DNA of 64,000 nt from Antedon mediterranea (taxonomy: Eukaryota > Animalia > Echinodermata): the NCBI RefSeq assembly GCF_964355755.1, contig NC_092670.1, positions 12,386,795 through 12,450,794 of the forward strand. Direction: 5' to 3'. Positions 25,563-38,400 of the stretch are shown piece after piece. Made by a program: the position numbers and the translations under genes. Within the stretch, counting starts at the first letter, position 1, and every line of letters starts with the position of its first letter. The notes under the pieces were generated by a model. That model saw nothing but the letters and a program-made list of their open reading frames with translations. It searched no databases and was not told the DNA's origin.

Positions 25563-28500
25563 TTAAATATAATTTATCCTATCTAAATTGATTTAAACAT
25601 GTTCCCTGTGATGAATAATATCATATTCACTCAATAAAAATGTATTTAAAGGTACATTTGAGCATTTACAGGATTTTTTCTTGAGAGCGTGTTTTTTGTT
25701 GAACACGTATTTAATTGCTTTAAATATAATTTTTCTTATCTAAATTGATTTAAGCATGTTCCCTGTGATGAATAATATCATATTCACTCAATAAAAATGT
25801 ATTTAAAGGTACATTTGAGCATTTACAGGATTTTTTCTTGAGAGCGTGTTTTTTGTTGAACACGTATTTAATTGCTTTAAATATAATTTTTCTTATCTAA
25901 ATTGATATAAACATGTTCCCTGTGATGAATAATATCATATTCACTCAATAAAAATGTATTTAAAGGTACATTTGAGCATTTACAGGATTTTTTCTTGAGA
26001 GCGTGTTTTTTGTTGAACACGTATTTAATTGCTTTAAATATAATTTTACTTATCTAAATTGATATAAACATGTTCCCTGTGATGAATAATATCGTATTCA
26101 CTCATTAAATATTTATTTAAAGGTACATTTGAGCATTTACAGGATTTTTTCTTGAGAGCGTGTTTTTTGTTGAACACGTATTCAATTGCTTTAAATATAA
26201 TTTTTCTTATCTAAATTGATATAAACATGTTCCCTGTGATGAATGATATCATATTCACTCATTAAATATTTATTTAAAGGTACATTTGAGCATTTACAGG
26301 ATTTTTTCTTGAGAGTGTGTTTTTTGTTGAACACGTATTTAATTGCTTTAAATATAATTTTTCTTATCTAAATTGATATAAACATGTTCCCTGTGATGAA
26401 TAATATCATATTCACTCATTAAATATTTATTTAAAGGTACATTTGAGCATTTACAGGATTTTTTCTTGAGAGCGTGTTTTTTGTTGAACACATATTTAAT
26501 TGCTTTAAATATAATTTTTCTTATCTAAATTGATATAAACATGTTCCCTGTGATGAATAATATCGTATTCACTCATTAAATATTTATTTAAAGGTACATT
26601 TGAGCATTTACAGGATTTTTTCTTGAGAGTGTGTTTTTTGTTGAACACGTATTTAATTGCTTTAAATATAATTTAACTTATCTAAATTGATATAAACATG
26701 TTCCCTGTGATGAATAATATCGTATTCACTCATTAAATATTTATTTAAAGGTACATTTGAGCATTTACAGGATTTTTTCTTGAGAGCGTGTTTTTTGTTG
26801 AACACGTATTCAATTGCTTTAAATATAATTTTTCTTATCTAAATTAATATAAACATGTTCCCTGTGATGAATAATATCATATTCACTAAATAAAAATGTA
26901 TTTAAAGGTACATTTGAGCATTTACAGGATTTTTTCTTGAGAGCGTGTTTTTTGTTGAACACGTATTTAATTGCTTTAAATATAATTTAACTTATCTAAA
27001 TTGATATAAACATGTTCCCTGTGATGAATAATATCATATTCACTCAATAAAAATGTATTTAAAGGTACATTTGAGCATTTACAGGATTTTTTCTTGAGAG
27101 CGTGTTTTTTGTTGAAAACGTATTCAATTGCTTTAAATATAATTTTTCTTATCTAAATTGATATATACATGTTCCCTGTGATGAATAATATCATATTCAC
27201 TCAATCAAAATGTATTTAAAGGTACATTTAAGTATTTACAGGATTTTTTCTTGAGAGCGTGTTTTTTGTTGAACACGTATTTAATTGCTTTAAATATAAT
27301 TTAACTTATCTAAATTGATATAAACATGTTCCCTGTGATGAATAATATCGTATTCACTCATTAAATATTTATTTAAAGGTACATTTGAGCATTTACAGGA
27401 TTTTTTCTTGAGAGCGTGTTTTTTGTTGAACACGTATTTAATTGCTTTAAATATAATTTAACTTATCCAAATTGATATAAACATGTTCCCTGTGATGAAT
27501 AATATCGTATTCACTCATTAAATATTTATTTAAAGGTACATTTGAGCGTTTACAGGATTTTTTCTTGAGAGTGTGTTTTTTGTTGAACACGTATTTAATT
27601 GCTTTAAATATAATTTAACTTATCTAAATTGATATAAACATGTTCCCTGTGATGAATAATATCGTATTCACTCATTAAATATTTATTTAAAGGTACATTT
27701 GAGCATTTACAGGATTTTTTTCTTGAGAACGTGTTTTTTATTGAACACGTATTCAATTGCTTTAAATATAATTTTTCTTATCTAAATTGATATAAGCATG
27801 TTCCCTGTGATGAATAACATCATATTCACTCAATAAAAATGTATTTAAAGGTACATTTGAGCATTTACAGGATTTTTTCTTGAGAGTGTGTTTTTTGTTG
27901 AACACGTATTTAATTGCTTTAAATATAATTTAACTTATCTAAATTGATATAAACATGTTCCCTGTGATGAATAATATCATATTCACTCATTAAATATTTA
28001 TTTAAAGGTACATTTGAGCATTTACAGGATTTTTTCTTGAGAGCGTGTTTTTTATTGAACACGTATTCAATTGTTTTAAATATAATTTTTCTTATCTAAA
28101 TTGATATAAGCATGTTCCCTGTGATGAATAACATCATATTCACTCAATAAAAATGTATTTAAAGGTACATTTGAGCATTTACAGGATTTTTTCTTGAGAG
28201 TGTGTTTTTTGTTGAACACGTATTTAATTGCTTTAAATATAATTTAACTTATCTAAATTGATATAAACATGTTCCCTGTGATGAATAATATCATATTCAC
28301 TCATTAAATATTTATTTAAAGGTACATTTGAGCATTTACAGGATTTTTTCTTGAGAGCGTGTTTTTTATTGAAGACGTATTCAATTGCTTTAAATATAAT
28401 TTTTCTTATCTAAATTGATATAAACATGTTCCCTGTGATGAATAACATCATATTCACTCATTAAATATTTATTTAAAGGTACATTTGAGCATTTACAGGA

Positions 28501-30745
28501 TTTTTTCTTGAGAGCGTGTTTTTTGTTGAACACGTATTTAATTGCTTTAAATATAATTTAACTTATCTAAATTGATATAAACATGTTCCCTGTGATGAAT
28601 AATATCATATTCACTCAATAAAAATGTATTTAAAGGTACATTTGAGCATTTACAGGATTTTTTCTTGAGAGTGTGTTTTTTGTTGAACACGTATTTAATT
28701 GCTTTAAATATAATTTAACTTATCTAAATTGATATAAACATGTTCCCTGTGATGAATAACATCATATTCACTCAATAAAAATGTATTTAAAGGTACATTT
28801 GAGCATTTACAGGATTTTTTCTTGAGAGCGTGTTTTTTGTTGAACACGTATTTAATTGCTTTAAATATAATTTTTCTTATCTAAATTGATATAAACATGT
28901 TCCCTGTGATGAATGATATCATATTCACTCAATAAAAATGTATTTAAAGGTACATTTGAGCATTTACAGGATTTTTTCTTGAGAGCGTGTTTTTTGTTGA
29001 ACACGTATTTAATTGCTTTAAATATAATTTAACTTATCTAAATTGATATAAACATGTTCCCTGTGATGAATAATATCGTATTCACTCATTAAATATTTAT
29101 TTAAAGGTACATTTGAGCATTTACAGGATTTTTTCTTGAGAGCGTGTTTTTTGTTGAACACGTATTTAATTGCTTTAAATATAATTTAACTTATCTAAAT
29201 TGATATAAACATGTTCCCTGTGATGAATAATATCGTATTCACTCATTAAATATTTATTTAAAGGTACATTTGAGCATTTACAGGATTTTTTCTTGAGAGT
29301 GTGTTTTTTGTTGAACACGTATTTAATTGCTTTAAATATAATTTAACTTATCTAAATTGATATAAACATGTTCCCTGTGATGAATAATATCGTATTCACT
29401 CATTAAATATTTATTTAAAGGTACATTTGAGCATTTACAGGATTTTTTCTTGAGAGCGTGTTTTTTGTTGAACACGTATTTAATTGCTTTAAATATAATT
29501 TAACTTATCTAAATTGATATAAACATGTTCCCTGTGATGAATAATATCGTATTCACTCATTAAATATTTATTTAAAGGTACATTTGAGCATTTACAGGAT
29601 TTTTTCTTGAGAGTTTGTTTTTTGTTGAACACGTATTTAATTGCTTTAAATATAATTTTTCTTATCTAAATTGATATAAACATGTTCCCTGTGATGAATA
29701 ATATCGTATTCACTCATTAAATATTTATTTAAAGGTACATTTGAGCATTTACAGGATTTTTTCTTGAGAGTGTGTTTTTTGTTGAACACGTATTTAATTG
29801 CTTTAAATATAATTTTTCTTATCTAAATTGATATAAACATGTTCCCTGTGATGAATAATATCGTATTCACTCATTAAATATTTATTTAAAGGTACATTTG
29901 AGCATTTACAGGATTTTTTCTTGAGAGTGTGTTTTTTGTTGAACACGTATTTAATTGCTTTAAATATAATTTTTCTTATCTAAATTGATATAAACATGTT
30001 CCCTGTGATGAATAATATCGTATTCACTCATTAAATATTTATTTAAAGGTACATTTGAGCATTTACAGGATTTTTTCTTGAGAGTGTGTTTTTTGTTGAA
30101 CACGTATTTAATTGCTTTAAATATAATTTTTCTTATCTAAATTGATATAAACATGTTCCCTGTGATGAATAATATCGTATTCACTCATTAAATATTTATT
30201 TAAAGGTACATTTGAGCATTTACAGGATTTTTTCTTGAGAGCGTGTTTTTTGTTGAACACGTATTTAATTGCTTTAAATATAATTTAACTTATCTAAATT
30301 GATATAAACATGTTCCCTGTGATGAATAATATCATATTCACTCATTAAATATTTATTTAAAGGTACATTTGAGCATTTACAGGATTTTTTCTTGAGAGCG
30401 TGTTTTTTGTTGAACACATATTTAATTGCTTTAAATATAATTTTTCTTATCTAAATTGATATAAACATGTTCCCTGTGATGAATAATATCATATTCACTC
30501 AATAAAAATGTATTTAAAGGTACATTTGAGCATTTACAGGATTTTTTTCTTGAGGGCGTGTTTTTTGTTGAACACGTATTTAATTGCTTTAAATATAATT
30601 TTTCTTATCTAAATTAATATAAACATGTTCCCTGTGATGAATAATATCATATTCACTAAATAAAAATGTATTTAAAGGTACATTTGAGCATTTACAGGAT
30701 TTTTTCTTGAGAACGTGTTTTTTGTTGAACACGTATTTAATTGCT
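25563..30745. repeat. 157-bp tandem satellite, ~33 copies
   Basis: catgttccctgtgatg recurs at 25598, 25755 and 25912 (period 157). Additional copies at 32073-32370 and degenerate copies at 23500-23708. Confidence 0.97.
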
Positions 30746-32072
30746 TCTATATATAAATTATGGTTAATTCTGACATAGGCGAGCACAATGCAAAAACTTC
30801 TCTACAAATCTCCGCCTTTGATACCTACCTTATCTATCCGAGATGTACCGCGAAACGTAGATTTGATAACATTAGTGTGCACGCCGACGCTATTGTTCCA
30901 TATTTATATCTTAGGAAGATATTATAAAGAGTTTTTTAACAACATTTATGATTTCAACATTGGATTTTCCTCTCAATTTCAATTCTTCCCGGTCAAAGTA
31001 ATTTCCGGGTTTAAGATAAGTTCACCTTAGTTTCAAATATTTTCTCTCATTTATACACAAGGGAGCAGTTAAAATAATAGATTTGACCCTAAAGGTGACT
31101 GGAAACAGGCACTTTCCATCAATCAATACAGTGTCCCTTTGGAAGACGAAAAAAAAATTGGCCATTAATGATAACCATTTCAGTTTTTTGTTTATTTTAA
31201 AACATACCACACGTGTGTGAAGGTACAGTAGTTAAATAATAGGAATTATACTGCAAATTAATAAAGATCAAATTAAATATACGCCATAAAGAATCAGAAT
31301 ATATTGTGGGGAATAGTATTATAAAATTACATAGGGAGATTTGATAAGACATTTTTCGAGTGAAATCCCGATAGCTGAGTTTTATTGAGTAAGCTTGCAG
31401 GAATAACTGTAGGCTATCTTCCTGTGTCCCGTTAGGACCGAGATGTCTGCCCATGTTGCAAGCCGTAATGTCTTCTTTCTTGGGCCCACTCTGTCACGGC
31501 AGTTAGTTTCAAAAGATGATTAAATTAAATAATGTATTAATAATTATTAGGATGGTATTCATTTGAATAAACGCCTCTCCAATAAAACATCACTTTGAAT
31601 AATAACCCCCCCCCCCCCCCCACAACCCAACTATCTAATAAACGTCCATCCACATATTTATAATAACACAATTATACTATTTGTAGTAGAATTCACCGCA
31701 CTGTTATCTGCAATTTACCAAGCATTTGTTATTCTTTTTTACCACTTTTCATATCTATGAGAGGATTTCATTTGATTATAAATGTTACCATATTATATTA
31801 GAACTAAAAAATTTAACATATATCCCTCGAATAAGCACCTCCCTCAAATGACCTCCGCCTCCCCAAAGGGCCCTACCAAACAATAAAAACTATACTTTAA
31901 AATGTTATTAATCATCTAAAACACTGTGAAACAAAGTAGTTCAGTTTTACGAATGTCAAGCATTTTCAATAATGGTAACCGACAGAAAATGTATAAGGAG
32001 AACATTATCATTCCGAGAACCATCGTCTACACTTCCTAGAGGGGGAGCGAGCGAAGCGAGCTCACCCTCTAG
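30746..32072 (+). mobile_element. Non-autonomous Helitron (1327 bp)
   Basis: 5' TCTATATATAAA; 3' GC-rich hairpin containing GCGAGCGAAGCGAGC then CTAG. Removing the element restores the satellite monomer ttgct|ttaaat exactly, with no TSD. Confidence 0.88.
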
Positions 32073-32436
32073 TTAAATATAATTTAACTTATCTAAATTG
32101 ATATAAACATGTTCCCTGTGATGAATAATATCATATTCACTCAATAAAAATGTATTTAAAGGTACATTTGAGCATTTACAGGATTTTTTCTTGAGAGCGT
32201 GTTTTTTGTTGAAAACGTATTCAATTGCTTTAAATATATTTTTTCTTATCTAAATTGATATATACATGTTCCCTGTGATGAATAATATCATATTCACTCA
32301 ATCAAAATGTATTTAAAGGTACATTTAAGTATTTACAGAAATTTCCCGTGAGAGCGTGTTTTTATATAAACAGTATTTGTTTATTTTAAATCTACTTTGA
32401 TATTAATGTATACATGTATTATCATATCCCGTCCAG

Positions 32437-35400
32437 GTGTAGTCGTATTAGATATACAACATGCTATTAACAGCGTTGAGCGATGCACAGAAAATATTCA
32501 CCCAGGATGTTTTGGATGGCATTGTTCAATGTGTTCGTATACTAACCTGAGATGGAGAGTTAAGAACCATATTAAAAGCGTTCACTGGGGTTCTCGGGTT
32601 GAGTTCGGTGGTAAGTAACATTATTGTTCTTGACCTTAAGTAGGAAAAAGATTGTGTGCGTTTCAAAGGCATGTATTGCACTTTATTGTAGTACAACGTA
32701 TTAATGATAATTAATTGATATATCCACTTACATTTGCAGATTTTCATTCTCTTCTATGTAAGTGTAAATCTGACATACGGACGCACTGGCACTGTCCGCT
32801 TTGCTTGCCAACGTACCGTGCATTCATAAAGCCAGGTCATCTACAAATGCACATAATTCGTTCTCATAGACCAGAAAGCGAGGTAAAGAGATTTGCTTTT
32901 GGTAAATTAGTATACACATCGGTCACTAAAAAAACTGAAGATAGCCAAAGATGCTTGTTTGAAAAAGATGCACCGGTAGAAGAATCGTTTCTAAAGGAGA
33001 ACGTTTGCGATGCCATAGCCCCAAAACAACCGTCATCCGTGAAAGAAGTTGCTTGTGATGACTGTGGTAAAATAATGTTTAAAAAAAATTTGAAAGTACA
33101 TCGTGAAAGAGCTCATGATAAGAGACCGAATCACCATTTAGCCCTTCTGTCAACTGTATGTGTTGACCAAGATGAAGGCATTTTTTCCGTTAAAAAAAAT
33201 GAGAAATCTGGTCATCACATCCATGTCGCAAAAAGAACAATTGCCGGGAAAGATATGCCAATGAATCTGTTTTGTGAGGTGGAGAAATGTATGATGTCAG
33301 CAAATCTCGCTCGTCACAGTGGTATAACATCATTCGAATGCGTACACCTTCTATCGGTTGCTGGCAGCGAACCTTATCGACAGCAAAACATACTAAATGA
33401 GAACAAGTTACAAGAGCTATCTCAACTACATTCAAAAGAAACATTGGATGCTGCAGCTTCCTTGAACAAAGCAGCCAGAATATGTGAGAAATGCAGCGTA
33501 TATCCAATTTCAGAGCTGATAGAAGATAACCCTTTTTTGTTTTTTTTTCAGTTTATTGCCCTACAGTAAGCTACTACAGTAGACTGAAAAGAATAATAGT
33601 ACATTATAAGGCGGTTGATAATTCATGGCATTGTAAATGTCCAATGGGTGAGCGGTCATGTATACATAAAGTCCTGTCAAAGTGGTACCTGCTAGAAAGT
33701 GCTCCGGAACTGTTGAAAAAAACTCCGATCACAACAACGCAAACGTCAAAACCAAGAACCAACATTTATCCTCCATCAGATGCAACGAAAAGAAACATGG
33801 TATCCTACTGGTTAAACAATACCAGCAAAAGAATACCCTATCCCGTTCCAAAGGAGATTACACAAATCAACGTACATTCCCTTGGATTGGACTTTATACC
33901 GACAGAAGTAAGATGTACAGAGTGTCCAGGGAACCCAATGCTTGGACCACCGAAACTCATAACACGACACGCTGCAATCATTACCATGCATGGAATTAAT
34001 AAAAGTAGGTTTATAGTTACATATCAATATAAATCTGTAATAGAAAAACACCAAATATATTGACATGTTCGAAAGGGATAAGGTATTGTTAAATACAGTA
34101 TAACAATAATAATGTAGTATTAGCAGAACAATACAAATATATAAATTTATTCATTTAAGATGTTAGATTGTACTTCAAACAATGCAACTTGTGTTCATTG
34201 ACTTACCGATACCAAGAGTACACAGACGGAATTCATAATTACAACGACAACTGGTTAATATCCTTGCACCTACTTGTGTTTTTACGCCACAGTCAGATGG
34301 TAAGTTATCGTTTATCATTATTACCACCACCATCTTCACAACCACAAATAGCATCTATTGTTTTGGCCTACCTCAATTGGTTATAGCGTCGGGTTCGAAT
34401 CTCGATTGGGGCGAAGTATCACCCAGTATGTATCTCTTTTTTTTCAGAGTCACACGGCTGCCGGTAGTGTCCTTAATGCTTTAGAAAACACCATAAACGA
34501 AAAACTACCATCAAAAGTATTACTACGTGGTTTGGAGCACTTCGAAGCCTTAAGTGACCGGTCTTATAAGTTTACGTGTGTTGCATGTGGTATTCATCCC
34601 CCTATCCTTATAACGGACTTGCAGAAAAAGGCATGTTTTTCATTGGATGGTAAGTTCATGGACTGACTATTCAGTAGGCCTATATCATTAGCAATTTAAA
34701 AAAAATGTGTGTAATCCCCGCCCAGTCTCATCCCACAAATATAAATGGAGGATACGTATAAGCAATTTAATTCAGATTATTAGAAGTAATACATAGCAAA
34801 CCACCTTGAAATTGTAGTTTCAGAGTTGGAGCTGCCGGACCTTACAGATGAGAGCGACTCCGTTGACATTGAAGACTTTTGGACGAACGTAAAAAAAGAG
34901 AAGCTGATGAATGGGTTACTCACAGGTTAGTGTTTTTTTTTTTAATTGGATAAAATAATCAATGTTTGATGTGCTTATGCATTTACTTTAAACAAGGCCA
35001 TATAGATGGCTGCAGTCGCGTGCTCATTAGTGTTTACCGACCGACCGACCAACCTACCAACTGACAGAAATTACTGAACATGTTTAAAAATGTTGAACTG
35101 TTTATATTTTTTTAATTTACACGTGCGTAGCCTGTCACTTTTTACGTGTTCGTATAACGTAATTTCGAGTTGAAAAGTAAGTCAAGAAAACAGAAATCGG
35201 GCAAAAAGAGTGCGCAATAACATTTAACGCGCAGTGCGCGCGCAACAATCTGCGCACTCATGGCAATTTTGTAAACGCTTAAAATTGCCTGAAGCGTACT
35301 CTTATTTCATCGAAAATAAATTTTGACAATTTTTAGCGCGCGTACGCACGCGTTACATACGCTACGCACGTAATTGTATTGCCATATGATGATTTATGCC

Positions 35401-38400
35401 CTGAAATTTATGAGTACCAAATTTTATTTAATTGTGATTCATGGTTGTGAAGATATGATTAAAACGTGATTTTGTTAAATCGTGCGTAGACCGCGTAATT
35501 TTTTATTGCGCACCGTGAAAACATAACCATACCGATTCCTGGCCATAAGGAATAATATACTGTGAAAATTGACTTAGCTAGATTAAACTGATATCAAGAT
35601 AAGGTCAGAAAGCGATAAAACGCATAGTGATACCGGACCGACAGACCGACAGACAGACCGACCGACCGACATAGTGAACTATAGAGTCGCGTCCACGCGA
35701 CTAAAAACATATTGAACGCATGTGTTTCATTAGAACGGTTGTTATAGCTATTTTATAACGTAAATAACTTATACTAAAATTCATCTTACAGAGAACGAAC
35801 AAAATCCATTTACAGTCAAACCTGCATATACAAACTGGGCTCCGTTCATCGGTAGGCGAACCCGTTCTGAGAAAGCTATTAACACCGAACATCGAAAGGT
35901 TGTGCGCGACACCTCTCAACTAGAAGTTGATTGCAGGGAAACTTCTGAGGAACGACTTTTAGAAATGCTACATTCACGTCATATAAAGGCATGTTTTGTT
36001 TGAAAAATATACAAAAAAAATACAACATGAAAATCAAATTACGCTATTTTCTGGCCCTTTTTAATAATGTATATTATATCCTATATACAAAATGTAGAAT
36101 AAATGAATGAATAAAAGTTAATAAGTAAGTAAATGTTTGAATCAAACGCGAAATAAGCATCAGAACAAAATAGTTTTTGTTTAAACACATCTTTTACCTC
36201 ACAAATAGTCAATACAATAATCAACAAAAAATTTTTTTCAAACGATTCTTTTTTTTATGTCTTATGTGGGTTATTCCTACTTTTATTTTATTCTCTTTTA
36301 AAATATGGAAGTAAATTGCACGTAATAAATAAAATCAATTGGTTTTATAGGCATACATTTTTTTCATTTTTATTTATTTAATCATATTGAAATTTTTTTT
36401 ATTCATTTGTTTTTCCTCTTAACTTGTTCCTCTTTTGAGACATCACCACGATGATTCATTTCAAACGATTCTTGTAGGTTAACCAAGTGAGGGACTTGTG
36501 CAGGTTATGTGGTGTGAAACCTACCGGCTCAAAACACGACATGGTTCTGCGTATACGGGGAAAGCTGCCAAATGACAACGTGTTCAATAAGGTGTTTAGT
36601 AGGGTATGGGGCGCCTCAGGTAAACAAGTTTATTTATTTTATTAAACAACAATTATGAAATGTGAAAATCTTAATCCGATACTAGAAATCGGGTGGTAGA
36701 CTGTCTGCGCTAACAACATTGAGTGAAATTTTACCACAACTTACGACATTTCATTTATGAAACCCGAATATGATGTATCTTCCTTTCAATTTTACTCATT
36801 AGGTGGTTGGCTCTCTGCAAGTTGTCCACATCGGATCGTATATGGTGTGAAATTTTTGCTCCGCGCTGAAAGTCCAAGGGATCACGTTGACTTACTTATG
36901 TCGTTGGCTAAACAGCCAGCGATTGTTGTATGCGATATGCCTCAGATGGTTTCGAGACATGGAAATCGTCGTACAAACGGAGCAATGTTTTACCCAAATG
37001 ACGGGAGACTTGCAGAACCAACAGAGGAAAACATAAATGCAGCCAAAGAGGGGACACTGCAAGTTCATCTACAGGTACTTGATGATGTATATCCCAAGAT
37101 GAATTCTACAACAGTAACTGTAGATTCAAAATCAAAACTTTGTCTCTTCGATACCTTTCACCAATTTAATTCCAAAAAAGAAATCGAAATACTCAGAAGA
37201 GTTGGTCTGTGCCCTCAGTTAAAAGGACTGCTAAATTCGCAAGTCGCTGAACAACTCCACAGATCAAGAGTAAGAGATGTGCATTTCCTAAACAGCATGA
37301 ACGCATCAACGCACATATTCTCTTTTCTGAACATACTGGATGGCCACAACACGTCACTAAACAAGAAGTATATTTTGAATATGGAGAAAATGTTTAAGAG
37401 GCAGATCATCATCGACGACTGCAATAAAGCAGTCATAGGAACACAAAGAGAGGTACGTTTTTGCAAATGCTGAAGCGGTTTTTGTCTTGGTAAAGTGCCG
37501 TGATTTTGTAGAAGAAATTTGCGTTACGGATTGGTCTTGGATTGAATAAAGAAATTAAAAATAAGGAAGTTAAAGTATTCATTTTCGATTTTCATGCAAT
37601 CCTAAAATTGTGTATCACTTTGTCAGTGTTTAATGGTGATATTTTTGTTTCAGCTATATCAATGCCTACTACCAGTATAGAAACAGGGAAACCCACAGAA
37701 CAGGTTAACGCTTCTCCCCTTTCTGGTCAGTTAAACTATATTTATCAATTAGTAAAAAGGTTTATCAAATTCAGTTAGTAGCGTATAGATTTACATAAAC
37801 CACAATGTTGTGATGTTACAAATGAAATACAATAATTTTGAATTACATTGTAGAAACTGGAGAGAGTGATGTACATTCTGAGGATTCTTCAAGTTGTTTT
37901 TACATTCCTGAAGAATATATAAACGGTAACAATAAATTTATATAAACTATTAATAAAGCAAAAGGTATGATTAGAACGATCGTGTAAATGTTGAAATACC
38001 AAAAAAAAAAAAAAAAACCCCTTAATATACAAGGGAGCGTGCGTATACATCGAACTCTGGTCAATTAATCAAAGGTAATAATGTAATAAAAACAATTTTA
38101 ATTGTAAGTGAAAGTTATGTCTATAGTTTTATATTTCAGATGATGTTATATCGTATGAGGTAATGACCGACGATAATGTAATGTTTCCACCCAGTTGTGT
38201 TAGCGATGTGACCATCAACAGTAACATGTCAGCTTTAAATGAAGAATGTAAAGTTTTAATTGTTGTTTTCCAAAATAATGTTTTTATACAATATAATTAT
38301 AATAACAATTCTTTTCAAACGAAGATGTTTTCTTAATATGGCATGTATACACGGTGCCGATATTTAAATTAAATTGTTTCGACTATCCATTTTAGATGAT

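Noticed and set aside
25563-30745. CRISPR-like regular array
   Set aside because: Whole 157-bp units repeat with no unique spacers, there are no cas genes, and the context is eukaryotic.
34365-34430. tRNA gene (GGTTCGAATC B-box)
   Set aside because: The anticodon arm is missing and there is no cloverleaf; at best a SINE/tRNA relic in an intron.
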